Assembly: GCA_044356455.1 (NCBI GenBank)
Contig: JBIKWF010000020.1
Coordinates: 1 to 49,716 of the forward strand
Length of the DNA stretch: 49,716 nt
Direction: 5' to 3'
DNA from: Bdellovibrionota bacterium
GTDB lineage: Bacteria; Bdellovibrionota_C; UBA2361; JBGSMV01
Below, one piece after another: positions 8,905-18,406 of this stretch. Every line of letters starts with the position of its first letter. The stretch's first letter is position 1. The notes under the pieces were generated by a model, which was given only the letters and a program-made list of their open reading frames with translations, made no database searches and had not been told where the DNA came from. Made by a program: the position numbers and the translations under genes.

Positions 8905-10302
8905 TTAAGCTGCAGAGGCCTTTTCCGAATCCTCAACCTTAGGTTCCTCAAACACATTTACTGAGTCGAGGAATCTCGTCCAGACATTTCCCGACCTAAA
9001 ATCGGGATGATTGAGGATACGGCGATGAAGCTCGATATTAGTTCTAATACCATCAATCAGATACTCATCGAGCGCAACAAGCACCTTCCGAATGCAGGAC
9101 TCTCGATCTTTAGCTCTGACAATAAGTTTTGAAACGAGTGAGTCGTAATAGGGCTGCACGGTGTAGCCATGATAGAGGGCAGAATCAACTCTCACTCCAT
9201 TTCCACCAGGAGCATGATAACTCGTGACATGGCCCGGCGACGGGATAAGAGTCCTTGGATCTTCTGCGTTAACGCGAACTTCCATTACATGGCCAGTTGG
9301 CTTGATGTCCTTCTGCTGGAACGAGAGCTCCATGCCAGCCGCAAGGCGAATCTGCTCTTTTACCAAGTCGATATCACAGCGAAGCTCCGTCACAGGATGC
9401 TCGACCTGAAGACGGGTGTTCATTTCAATAAAGTAAAATTTTTGGGCTTCAATATCGACAAGGAACTCGCAGGTTCCCACGTTGGTATAATTTACCGACT
9501 TACAGAGTTCTACGGCCGCAGAACAAATCTGACTTTCAAGCTCAGCTGAGAGACCGGGAGAAGGTGATTCCTCAATAATCTTTTGATGCCGGCGCTGTAT
9601 GGAGCAATCCCTTACTCCAAGGTGAATCACATTGTGGAAGTGATCTCCCGCCACCTGAACTTCAACATGCCTAACTTTGGGGAGATATTTCTCGACAAGA
9701 AGATGGGCATCACCAAAAGCGGCCTCAACTTCTCGCTGTGCCGTGGAGAACAAGCTCGAAAATTCTTCTTTGGTTTGCACGACCTTCATGCCACGCCCAC
9801 CGCCACCCGCGCAGGCCTTAAGGAGAATGGGGTATCCCGCCTTGTCAGCGACCTCTTGTGCCTCAGCGGCGACGAGGAAACCGCGGCTATCACCGGGCAC
9901 TGTTGGTACACCTGCCTTATCAGCGGCGCGGCGCGCACGAGCCTTATCTCCCATGACACGCATAGCGCGCACGGAGGGGCCAATAAACGTAATTCCGCAG
10001 CTCCCACAGATTTCAGCAAAACCTGAATTTTCGCTAAGGAAGCCGTAACCAGGATGAATCGCATCGGCTCCCGTCGCAACAGCTGCCGACATCACCGCTG
10101 CGATATTAAGATAGCTCTCGCGAGCAAGCGCTGGTCCAATACAAACACTCTGGGAAGCTAGCTTCACATGCAGCGCGTCTTTATCGGCAAGGGAGTGGAC
10201 CGCCACTGTCTTAATTCCAAGCTCATGACAGGCGCGAATAACACGCACGGCAATCTCACCGCGGTTTGCAATCAGCACTTTGTTGAAAGGAGGCTTATAC
10301 AT
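8905..10302 (-). CDS. accC: Acetyl-CoA carboxylase biotin carboxylase subunit
   Basis: KVLIANRGEIAVR, IHPGYGFLSEN, GGGGRGM, RDCSIQRRHQK, EMNTRLQVEHPVTE. Confidence 0.97.
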   Translation of the reverse strand: MYKPPFNKVLIANRGEIAVRVIRACHELGIKTVAVHSLADKDALHVKLASQSVCIGPALARESYLNIAAVMSAAVATGADAIHPGYGFLSENSGFAEICGSCGITFIGPSVRAMRVMGDKARARRAADKAGVPTVPGDSRGFLVAAEAQEVADKAGYPILLKACAGGGGRGMKVVQTKEEFSSLFSTAQREVEAAFGDAHLLVEKYLPKVRHVEVQVAGDHFHNVIHLGVRDCSIQRRHQKIIEESPSPGLSAELESQICSAAVELCKSVNYTNVGTCEFLVDIEAQKFYFIEMNTRLQVEHPVTELRCDIDLVKEQIRLAAGMELSFQQKDIKPTGHVMEVRVNAEDPRTLIPSPGHVTSYHAPGGNGVRVDSALYHGYTVQPYYDSLVSKLIVRAKDRESCIRKVLVALDEYLIDGIRTNIELHRRILNHPDFRSGNVWTRFLDSVNVFEEPKVEDSEKASAA

Positions 10303-10390
10303 ACAGCGCCTTACGTACTAGGCCAAAATAATCACCGGCGAACTCCGAGAAGAAGCGGATTGCCCGAATGGAAGACTAAATATATTCCGA

Positions 10391-10882
10391 CTAGGCCGAT
10401 GGATTAATCAGAAACAGCACCTGACCGAATTCAACAACTCGCGCATCCTCGGCCAATATTTTTTCTATCCTACCGGAGATAGGAGCATCGATTTCATTCA
10501 TTAGCTTCATGGCTTCAACGATACAAAGGGTATCGCCCTTAGAAACCATTTGCCCCTCTTTCACAAAATTCTCCGCATCGGGAGAGGGCTTGCGGTAGAA
10601 AGTACCCACGAGAGGTGATTCTACTTTGGTAAAACGACTCAAATCTTGCGCAGGAGCAGCACCTGCGGAAGCTGATTGCACAGTGGCAGGAGCCGCATGC
10701 GGAATTGATGCCGTAGGAATGGCATGCTCAACGTAGCCAGCGGGAACAGATTGAAACTTTACGTTCTGCACACCCCCCAGGCGTGAGAGACGAATATGAG
10801 TGCCATCTTGCTCGAGCTCGAAGCGTGTTACGTCATTTTGCTTCAGAATCGAAATTATCTGCTCGAGTTCTTTAATATCCAT
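10391..10882 (-). CDS. accB: Acetyl-CoA carboxylase biotin carboxyl carrier protein
   Basis: [13 protein letters not shown] and the EAMKLMN biotinylation motif; upstream of accC. Confidence 0.97.
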   Translation of the reverse strand: MDIKELEQIISILKQNDVTRFELEQDGTHIRLSRLGGVQNVKFQSVPAGYVEHAIPTASIPHAAPATVQSASAGAAPAQDLSRFTKVESPLVGTFYRKPSPDAENFVKEGQMVSKGDTLCIVEAMKLMNEIDAPISGRIEKILAEDARVVEFGQVLFLINPSA

Positions 10883-11184
10883 GAGTTACCTTTTTCTGAA
10901 CTACCTTACCGGCCCCACTCGCTTTGCCTGCGGAGGCCCCTTGAGGACGAAGCTAAAGCTTGAATGACCAAAATGAGTCTTCAACTAGCGCCAGGGCCGA
11001 AAAACGCATTTCTGCGTTATGAGCGCCGCCCCTAGACGAGCAAAGCGCCAAACGTCCCCGGACCGAGGCGCGATAGTGCCACAAAGCGCCGATAAACTCT
11101 AGCAATTGCAGGACATTAGGTCTAGCCATTCGGCAGCTAAGTAGCTGACATGACTAGCAGGCGAAGGGGAACGCTCATCTCACC

Positions 11185-11258
11185 TATAGGTAGGGCGCCC
11201 TGTCCTCAGGGCGCCGAATAGATGCGCGGCGCGCTGAGGACAGCGCGCCCTACCTATA
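11185..11258. repeat. GTAG-type REP doublet (REPIN-like inverted pair)
   Basis: Two 32-nt inverted arms: TATAGGTAGGGCGCCCTGTCCTCAGGGCGCCG and the reverse complement of the right arm, TATAGGTAGGGCGCGCTGTCCTCAGCGCGCCG. Each arm is GTAG followed by a palindrome with a TCCT loop. Confidence 0.8.
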
Positions 11259-11316
11259 AAGACAAACGGGACTTCTCGCATGACATATCCAAGCCCAGGC
11301 CTCATGACCAGGGTGG

Positions 11317-11772
11317 CTATTTCTTCTCTTCCAAGCTCTCAAGAATATCGAACTCGAACTCATCCTCCGCTACCACTTCCTCCTTGGAGGAGGCAGGCGC
11401 TAATGCAGCATCTTCTGCGTTCACAGGATCTTTGCTCCCTTGAACTAGCTGCTCTGCAGCCAAGGTCCCAGGCGCAATAGCTTCGATCAGCCTCTTAAGT
11501 GACTCGCAGGCAGGAGCTGCTACCCGAAGTTCTTTCAGCTCACGAATTGCGAAGGGAGTATAATCAAGGTGAAGGAACAGGCGTGCGAGAATTAGTCTAC
11601 CGACTTGGTGAGAGGGATTTGACGAGAGTCCACCCAACAAGGTTGCTAGGGCTTCTTGGTGCCTTCCTCCAGCCATCTGCAAGTCAGCCAGCTCGGCGAA
11701 AGCAGAGTCTCCAGGATTACTTACCAACCTTTCCTTTAGCTCTAGTTCGCGCCGAGTATCCGTCACAAGCAA
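11317..11772 (-). CDS. Small tetratricopeptide-repeat protein
   Basis: 'L..NPGDSAFAELAD....G...EA...L..GL..NP....GRLILARL' TPR pattern with an acidic tail; start codon uncertain. Confidence 0.7.
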   Translation of the reverse strand: MLVTDTRRELELKERLVSNPGDSAFAELADLQMAGGRHQEALATLLGGLSSNPSHQVGRLILARLFLHLDYTPFAIRELKELRVAAPACESLKRLIEAIAPGTLAAEQLVQGSKDPVNAEDAALAPASSKEEVVAEDEFEFDILESLEEKK

Positions 11773-11967
11773 GACTCTAACCTTTCAAAGTCACGAGTTC
11801 CCCTCGGGCCCTCAAGATTACCGTTGAGAACCAACGATACTGGCCGAACTTCCACATCGCCCCGTTTGATCCCAATTTGCGGCAGCCTCAGCGACGCACG
11901 TTATCCCGGCTTGGCCTCGACCGGGAAAGCAGAGCAGGTGTAGCAAAAACGCATGCAGGCACGGAGC

Positions 11968-11993
11968 AAAAGATGAGAGGCCAGAGGCCTCTC
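11968..11993 (-). terminator. Possible intrinsic terminator after the pilQ-lipoprotein operon
   Basis: Minus strand GAGAGGCC-TCT-GGCCTCTC-ATCTTTT, about 30 nt after the stop at 12026. Confidence 0.5.
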
Positions 11994-12025
11994 CACCTTA
12001 CACTGCTAGAGCAACCTCAATTGCA

Positions 12026-13072
12026 TCAGCCGCATCGATCATAGTTTCCAAATGCGATTGATGTTCTGAGTGTCGTGGTGACTTCCTCGCCCGCTGAAGT
12101 AACCCCGTAGAGCCTAAAGGTAACGTTCGAAACCCAATCTTCGAAAGGGAGCGCTGAGCTATTCCCCACAAGCACCTTGCCATTAGAGGAATTCGCTCCA
12201 ACTTTCGTCATATAGCCAATAAACCTGGTGCGTCCTGGCTTTCCAGTACTGTCTTCACCCTTAACCTCATCAGCGTTTATCAGCGCAAATTCTGCCGAAT
12301 TAAATGGAGTTCCTGATCCGTCAGAATTAGTAACCGTAAAACTTGATCGCGAGAAATTAATTGCCGTAGCCTCGTTATTCTCCACGTCGAATCCGATGAT
12401 GGTGTCAGCGAATATCTCAGGTTCGATCACTGTCGGCGAGGGGTCACAGTCAAGCTGAGACACATCGATGCCAAGATCGCCGAACCCAGATTGGTAGCCA
12501 CTTTCACCGCTTGGAACTTCCTGAGCCTGATCGAAGATTGCTATTCCTGTTATAGAAACTTCCTTAGTTAGCGGATCCTCTCCAGATCCACCCCCAAGTC
12601 CACCGCCACCTGCATTCGGGAAACCATCAAACCCAACTGGTATTGGTCCACGGCATGTAACTGTAGCAAACTGGCGCTTCCCCGCGCCCACCCCAAGTCG
12701 ACAACCCATTCTAAAGCTTCCAATCTGCTCGCAGCCGACTCGGCCACTTACCAGGCCTCCGCCGTCCGTGACCTGATTTCCATCGCTCGGCTCAATAAGT
12801 GCGAGGCCAAGTTCAGTGTCGCAGGTGACGCGGATGTCAGGCACTCCATTTCCAGAAGCATCCTTAACCGCCACAATAAAACCACTTGCTTCAGCTACCT
12901 GCAGGTCTGTCTCATTGAGCGTGAGAGAAAGTGACCCCGCATTGTCTGGGTCAAATCCAGTGCCATTTCCATTATCCTCTCCACCACCAGTACTGCCTGA
13001 GCAGGCAACAAGGGCTGTTGCAATCGATACAATTGCGGTAGCAGCAAAAAACCTAAAAGAATTCTGTCTCAT
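12026..13072 (-). CDS. Lipoprotein with invasin/Big-1-like Ig domain
   Basis: Lipobox LVAC-SG followed by a Gly-rich tether. 'VAVKDASGNGVPDIRVT...TDGGG' resembles bacterial Ig-like domain 1. Several Cys residues. Confidence 0.7.
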   Translation of the reverse strand: MRQNSFRFFAATAIVSIATALVACSGSTGGGEDNGNGTGFDPDNAGSLSLTLNETDLQVAEASGFIVAVKDASGNGVPDIRVTCDTELGLALIEPSDGNQVTDGGGLVSGRVGCEQIGSFRMGCRLGVGAGKRQFATVTCRGPIPVGFDGFPNAGGGGLGGGSGEDPLTKEVSITGIAIFDQAQEVPSGESGYQSGFGDLGIDVSQLDCDPSPTVIEPEIFADTIIGFDVENNEATAINFSRSSFTVTNSDGSGTPFNSAEFALINADEVKGEDSTGKPGRTRFIGYMTKVGANSSNGKVLVGNSSALPFEDWVSNVTFRLYGVTSAGEEVTTTLRTSIAFGNYDRCG

Positions 13073-13145
13073 ACTCGGTTCCCCAAAAATTGGACCACGT
13101 GCACTTCCTGCGCCCCTTACCTAATGACCCTACCTAAAGAAAGGC

Positions 13146-13778
13146 CTACGCCTCAGACTCCTCTTCCGGCACCGATGGCTCAATCACGACGTCTGGAAGT
13201 ATTGAGACAAGGGCAGCAAAACTATTGCTCTCGATTCCCCCACCTGAGGTAGTCGTCCCACTCACCGAAGCATCCACGGTAAGAGTATAGGGAGGCTCTG
13301 GAAGTTGAGCGCGGTTCAGATTCAACCACGTCATAATCTCAACTGGCACCACGAATGAGTTCAATTCGAGAATGGGCGAGCCACCAAATCCCGGAGGCAA
13401 ACTTCCGTCACCTTCCGACTGCACCGGGCCAAGCACTCCACCAGCAGCCAATGTGGTGCTAGGTGGCTGCACATCAGAACCTTCAATGAAGAAACTAAGG
13501 TTAATGCGCTGTACTCGAATACCCTGGCGAGCGAGATTGTTCTGAAGGGTATATGTTCCTCGAACCCCTCCTGTCGTCGTGCCATCCCCATCGGTAGTGG
13601 AGAGCGGAACTTCATTTGAAGCCGGCACTACATTGTTTAATGAAAAGGAAGTACCTTGATCATTGGAGGCACTTCCGCAGCCAAACATCGCACCTGCAGC
13701 AACCGCAAGTACAAATGCTTTCGCAATCGTGGTGCCCACGGCCGAGATTGAAACTCTTCGCATACTAAATCTCCTCAA
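13146..13778 (-). CDS. Hypothetical beta-rich lipoprotein
   Basis: Basic N-terminus, hydrophobic stretch, and MFGC-GS lipobox; starts 8 nt after the pilQ stop. Confidence 0.7.
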   Translation of the reverse strand: MRRFSMRRVSISAVGTTIAKAFVLAVAAGAMFGCGSASNDQGTSFSLNNVVPASNEVPLSTTDGDGTTTGGVRGTYTLQNNLARQGIRVQRINLSFFIEGSDVQPPSTTLAAGGVLGPVQSEGDGSLPPGFGGSPILELNSFVVPVEIMTWLNLNRAQLPEPPYTLTVDASVSGTTTSGGGIESNSFAALVSILPDVVIEPSVPEEESEA

Positions 13779-13786
13779 AGTTGTGG

Positions 13787-16678
13787 TTAGAGCGATACCT
13801 TCATAGCGGCATCATCAAAGCTGCCCTCGATGATACGTGGGGTCACGAAGAAAATGAGTTCCTCATCGGAGTTGTCGCTCTTCATCGTTCTAAATAGATG
13901 CCCAAGAACTGGAATATCCTTCAAGAAAGGTATGCCAGTAACGGTGTCCCTATCGATAATGCGGTAGATGCCGCCCATAGCGAAGGTTTGTCCTGACGAA
14001 ACCAGGACCGATGACGTGGCGCTACGCTCGACCTCTGACGGAATACCATCAACTTCTTTGGAGCCGAAGGTACTCGATTTTGCATTAAGATCGAGAAGCA
14101 CAAAGTAATCGGGCGAAGCCTGAGGAGTCACCTCAAGAACGATACCGATTTCGATGCTCTCCGTTGCCGAAGACCCGCCGCTACTTGGAGTCGATCCTTG
14201 TCCCACGCCAACGACGGTGCCGCCGCTTGGGGTTTTCACACGAATCTTCTCAACACTCTTAATCGTGGCTGGAGTATTGTTCGTAGTCGCAACTGCTGGG
14301 CGACTCACGATTCTTACTCGGCCTTCCTGCTCAAGAGCATTCAAGGTTACGCTAAGGTTCCTGGTCGCATCAGCGCTGTCCAAGAGGAAGCTAATTGCCG
14401 ATCCACCAATCGTAGGATCCGTCGCTGCAGGGAAGTTGGACTCACCACCGACCGCAACTGAGTTCGGGAAATTCGACCCCGTAGCGTTACCGGTTGCTGG
14501 CGATTGCACAAAATTAAACCCAAGCTCAGTTCCAAGGGAACGAAGAAGATTTCTGTTCGCCTCAACAATCTGGGTCTCGAGAAGGATTTGCGGGGTGCGC
14601 AGATCAAGCTTGGAGACAAGCTCAACCACGTTTTTCATACCCTTGCGAATATCCTTCACAATCAGCTGATTAGTGCGATCGTCGTACGCGACGGAACCAC
14701 GCTCTGAAATGACGGACTCAACAAGAGGTCGAAGTTCCGCAGCTTTCGCGTAACTTACGCGAATGTAGCGGACTTGCATTGGCTCGAGTTCTTCCTCCGC
14801 CTGCTGAGCTTGCTTGAGAGCTTCTCGCTCCAGGCGAAGTTTCTCGACCGGCGCGATACGAACGACATTGCCCTCTTGCACCTTATCAAGGCCGTTGGTC
14901 TTAAGGATCACATCAAGCGCTTGGTCCCAAGGAACATCAATCAATCGGAGCGTAACTTTTCCTGTTACATCATCGCTCGCGATAATATTGAGGTTCGAAA
15001 CCTCGGCAATAATGCGAAGCGCGTTATCGATATCAGTGTCCTGAAGGTCGAGCGAAATAAGGCGACCGGTATACTTTGGTTGCTCGCCAAGCAGCGCTGC
15101 TACTCCGGCATCTAGTTCAGTTGCATCATCCGCTGGATTTTGGGCGCCGAGTTTTACCTCGGAGGACTGTTCTTTATCTTCACCCGCGTCCTTCTTCTCA
15201 TTCTTCGCGGCGGCGTCGCTTGCCGTCGTAGGATCCATTTGAGCCCGAGCATCCGTTGAAGGCTGACCCGCAACTACTACAATCTTGTTTTCTGTCGCAC
15301 GTGCGGAAAGGTCGACTTTTGGATCCGCAAATATGCGAAGCAAAACATTCTCTCCTGAAGTAATCGGGCGAACCGTTCGAATGTGCCCGGTCCCAGGGGC
15401 TGCGACGAGGGTCGTTGCCACGGCAGGATCAACTTCTACCCCTTTTATTGAAAGAACATACTCCGAAGGAGCAGTACGCTTAAGCTGGTACGTGCTAAGC
15501 CCCGAAACCTCCGCAACAATCATGTTTTCAGACGGACCCACGGGATCGATGGAGAGAGCAACCACACGCGGCTGCTCACTCGCCGAAGGGGATGGCGCCT
15601 CAGCGTTGGGAGCGGGCTGCTCCTCTACGACGGTCTCCGCCGATGCAATCACGGTTGAAGATGCTGCCGCTTCTGCAGAGTTATCTTTCGCAGCTGACGC
15701 AATCTCAGGGGCGTTCTCCGTTGCAGAGGCCGCAGTTGAGGCACCAGTAGAGGACTCAGTAGTCTCAGAAGCTTCGCCAAACGATGCTCGCATGTCATTT
15801 AGCGTACTTGGAGCAGTCGCATTCTGAGAGGTCTCTGAGGTAAAGGCTGGAGAAGTGCTCGCAGTATTCGTAACTGCACGAGCGGTCTCCATTTGACCGG
15901 GGCGTGCAAGGGTGATGACAAGTTCATCACCTGCTGCGGCGCCTCGAGCACCAGCAGCAGCGCTGCCGTCGACCCGAGCGCTTGAAGTGTCTATCACCGT
16001 TGAATCAATGCGGTGCTCAACTGCCTCACCAGAAACGAGATCAAGAACAATTCGGCTCTTCTCGGGATGCGCCCCTAAGCGCACGCGCGATACGAGCTCT
16101 GAATCTTCAGTCGAGAAGGACTGAGGGGAGCGATTGGGCACGCCAAGAATATCAACTACAAGCCTGGCAGGATTTTCGAGCCTGCTCACCTCATAGGCGA
16201 GAGGCGAAGCTTGCGTCTTCCCCGTCTGAGCGGAAGCGCGCGAGACTACAATGCGGTTGAAGCCTTCGCCATCAACTAATTCTACGCCAAGCGCGCTGCC
16301 ATTGGCGGCACGCAAGATTCGCGAAGAAACAGAACCTGTGGTGGTTGCTGCTGCAGACGTATCCGCTGCTACCACTTCGCTCGCCATCGTCGTTTCCGAA
16401 GTGGCGGCAAACGAAGAGCTGGTATTTTGTGACGAAACACTTGCTGAAGGCCTCGTAGCACAAGCAGAAAAGGCCAAAACCGTGGCCGAAACAGAAACTC
16501 CAACAAGCAATCTTTTTGCACTGATAAAGCGTCCACTTGCAAAGTAGCTGGCCCGATTTTCAAGGCTTCCCATGTTCACTCCCCCTACGACATCAACCTG
16601 CTGAGCCCCAATATTTTGAGCCCCAATACTTTGAGACTGAGTATGCTGAGCCTTAGCTCGCTCTCTGGTCCGATCCAT
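13787..16678 (-). CDS. pilQ: Type IV pilus secretin PilQ with AMIN domains
   Basis: AMIN motifs (LENPARLVVDI; VRLGAHPEKSRIVLDL), YTGRLISLDLQDTDI..LR.IAEVS N0 domain, VPWDQALDVIL, and the secretin C-terminus (GIPFLKDIPVLGHLF...EELIFFVTPRI). RBS AGGAG before 16678; alternative start at 16573. Confidence 0.96.
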   Translation of the reverse strand: MDRTRERAKAQHTQSQSIGAQNIGAQQVDVVGGVNMGSLENRASYFASGRFISAKRLLVGVSVSATVLAFSACATRPSASVSSQNTSSSFAATSETTMASEVVAADTSAAATTTGSVSSRILRAANGSALGVELVDGEGFNRIVVSRASAQTGKTQASPLAYEVSRLENPARLVVDILGVPNRSPQSFSTEDSELVSRVRLGAHPEKSRIVLDLVSGEAVEHRIDSTVIDTSSARVDGSAAAGARGAAAGDELVITLARPGQMETARAVTNTASTSPAFTSETSQNATAPSTLNDMRASFGEASETTESSTGASTAASATENAPEIASAAKDNSAEAAASSTVIASAETVVEEQPAPNAEAPSPSASEQPRVVALSIDPVGPSENMIVAEVSGLSTYQLKRTAPSEYVLSIKGVEVDPAVATTLVAAPGTGHIRTVRPITSGENVLLRIFADPKVDLSARATENKIVVVAGQPSTDARAQMDPTTASDAAAKNEKKDAGEDKEQSSEVKLGAQNPADDATELDAGVAALLGEQPKYTGRLISLDLQDTDIDNALRIIAEVSNLNIIASDDVTGKVTLRLIDVPWDQALDVILKTNGLDKVQEGNVVRIAPVEKLRLEREALKQAQQAEEELEPMQVRYIRVSYAKAAELRPLVESVISERGSVAYDDRTNQLIVKDIRKGMKNVVELVSKLDLRTPQILLETQIVEANRNLLRSLGTELGFNFVQSPATGNATGSNFPNSVAVGGESNFPAATDPTIGGSAISFLLDSADATRNLSVTLNALEQEGRVRIVSRPAVATTNNTPATIKSVEKIRVKTPSGGTVVGVGQGSTPSSGGSSATESIEIGIVLEVTPQASPDYFVLLDLNAKSSTFGSKEVDGIPSEVERSATSSVLVSSGQTFAMGGIYRIIDRDTVTGIPFLKDIPVLGHLFRTMKSDNSDEELIFFVTPRIIEGSFDDAAMKVSL

Positions 16679-17055
16679 GAGACCTCTCCTTCCACCAGTG
16701 TTTACTGCTACAAACCAAATTATCTCTACAGCCAGAACCGACTTCGATCATGGAGCTGCGCGTTCTTGACTACCACAAGGGATCTCAAACCCTTATCGAT
16801 ATTCTTCCTCTACATTTCCCGTCGACACAGTAAAAGAGACGGCGGGTACTCCTGTCAATAACGTATCTGGAAAACGAGTGGTCGCGACAATCGAAAATTA
16901 CTCAAAGCAAAGCGTCACTCACCACGCGAGCATTCATAGCTGCCGTTAGATTGATGCAGAGTTATCTATCAGCGGAGCCCAATTTTTCGATAACGACGTT
17001 TTGATCCAGTGCTTACCACCGTTCAAATTCCCCCTTGCCGGACTCGAAGAGATAA

Positions 17056-17694
17056 TTATCGACGCCGCTTCTTTGAGGCATCAGACTTGGAGGCAGCCGC
17101 TGCTGCAAGTCGCGCACGCTCTTCTTCGCTCAGATAGCGAAAGGTGGTCAGTGTACATTCCGCCTTAAGCCGCACCCCGTCCTCGCGAACTGAGGGCTGA
17201 GAAAGAGCAATATCACTTACGTTCACGATGCGCGGAAGACGACCTACCTCATCGAAGAAGGTAGCAACCTCGTGATAGCTCCCAAGAACCGAAATCGGTA
17301 CGGGAACCTCCGCATAGAATTCTTTAAACCGCTCCCCTGCAGGCTTGAAGGAGGAGACATCTTCAAGGCCCGACTCGCGCGCTTTTCTTTCAATCGATAT
17401 CAAGAAGTCTGGTATCTCCCGCTGGTCCGGAAGCTGGCGCAACACAACTTCAAGCTTTTGCTCAAGCTCCGAAACTTCCTTGCGAAATTTGTCGAGATTA
17501 CGCGCCAGTCGCCTTTCATTTGAAATCTCTGCATTCAGGCCCTCGATCCGCGACGAAACCTCATCGCGCTCAGCTAAGAGCCCCCCGATAGAAAGACTCC
17601 AGAAGCAGGCGAATACGAGGATCAAGGTACCGATCCAGATCGCCATCTTATGGCTTAATGGACGCTCAAGAATATTTTCAACTATAGGGTGCAT
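17056..17694 (-). CDS. pilO: Type IVa pilus alignment protein PilO
   Basis: N-terminal TM plus coiled coil, LPDQREIPDFL, FYAEVPV.I.V.GSYHEVATFFDEVGRLPRIVNV. Start placed at ATG 17694 (MHPIVE) to avoid overlapping pilN. Confidence 0.94.
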   Translation of the reverse strand: MHPIVENILERPLSHKMAIWIGTLILVFACFWSLSIGGLLAERDEVSSRIEGLNAEISNERRLARNLDKFRKEVSELEQKLEVVLRQLPDQREIPDFLISIERKARESGLEDVSSFKPAGERFKEFYAEVPVPISVLGSYHEVATFFDEVGRLPRIVNVSDIALSQPSVREDGVRLKAECTLTTFRYLSEEERARLAAAAASKSDASKKRRR

Positions 17695-17701
17695 AGCTTT
17701 T

Positions 17702-18391
17702 CTATTGACCTCCCCCCACAGATGCTGCCGCGCTAGAGGTGGCAGCAGCCACCGCGCTCGCTGCCTGCGAAGCCCCTTGCGACGAGCTCGCCGCGCCCCC
17801 TGAGCTTGCAACTGCTGCCGACTGACTCCCCGAATCCACGGGAAGAATACGGCCTGCGTAATTGACCCGCGCCTTAATGGTGAATTGACGAATCATGGCA
17901 TCCTTCCAAGCCGCCGTCTTTGTCTCCACAATTTCGACGTTCTGAAAGAACTCTGAGGCCATAAGCTGCTTGGCCAAGTCAGAAACTGAAATGTTATCTA
18001 GCGCCATGCCTTGAATGGTCATGTCACGGGCTTTTTCACGCACATCAAGCACCCAGGCACGCTCTGGTATCGCGCTATTTATCGCGTCCATTACGTGGAC
18101 CGGACCCGCTTTACTCTTTTTAAGCAGGGCAATAACCGTAAGCTTCGCCTTTAGCTCATCGCGGCGTTTCTCAAGCTCCCGAACTTCTGCGGTGGTTTGC
18201 TTAAGCACACGAAGATCGCGCTCAAGCGCGTCGCGCGTTTGTTTGAATTCGGCAATTTCTCCCACAATCGACATGCGGAAAAAGAAACCAAGAAGAACAG
18301 CAAGCACTATTGAACTTACATAGCCTGCAATTAGCCCATGTCCCGAAGTATCTGAAACTGTCTCCTCGCCGAGGAGGTTAATCTTAATCAT
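17702..18391 (-). CDS. pilN: Type IVa pilus alignment protein PilN
   Basis: MIKINLL PilM-binding motif, TM, coiled coil, and IP..AW....G.A domain. Confidence 0.94.
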   Translation of the reverse strand: MIKINLLGEETVSDTSGHGLIAGYVSSIVLAVLLGFFFRMSIVGEIAEFKQTRDALERDLRVLKQTTAEVRELEKRRDELKAKLTVIALLKKSKAGPVHVMDAINSAIPERAWVLDVREKARDMTIQGMALDNISVSDLAKQLMASEFFQNVEIVETKTAAWKDAMIRQFTIKARVNYAGRILPVDSGSQSAAVASSGGAASSSQGASQAASAVAAATSSAAASVGGGQ

Positions 18392-18406
18392 AGATCCCTC
18401 CCTTCC

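Noticed and set aside
16679..17055. c-di-GMP or other riboswitch upstream of pilQ
   Set aside because: No GEMM-type motif or convincing conserved stems recognised by eye; an Infernal/Rfam scan would be needed.
17695..17811. N-terminal extension of PilO in the ORF track
   Set aside because: It overlaps the pilN 3' end. ATG 17694, preceded by GAGG, gives a normal-length PilO.
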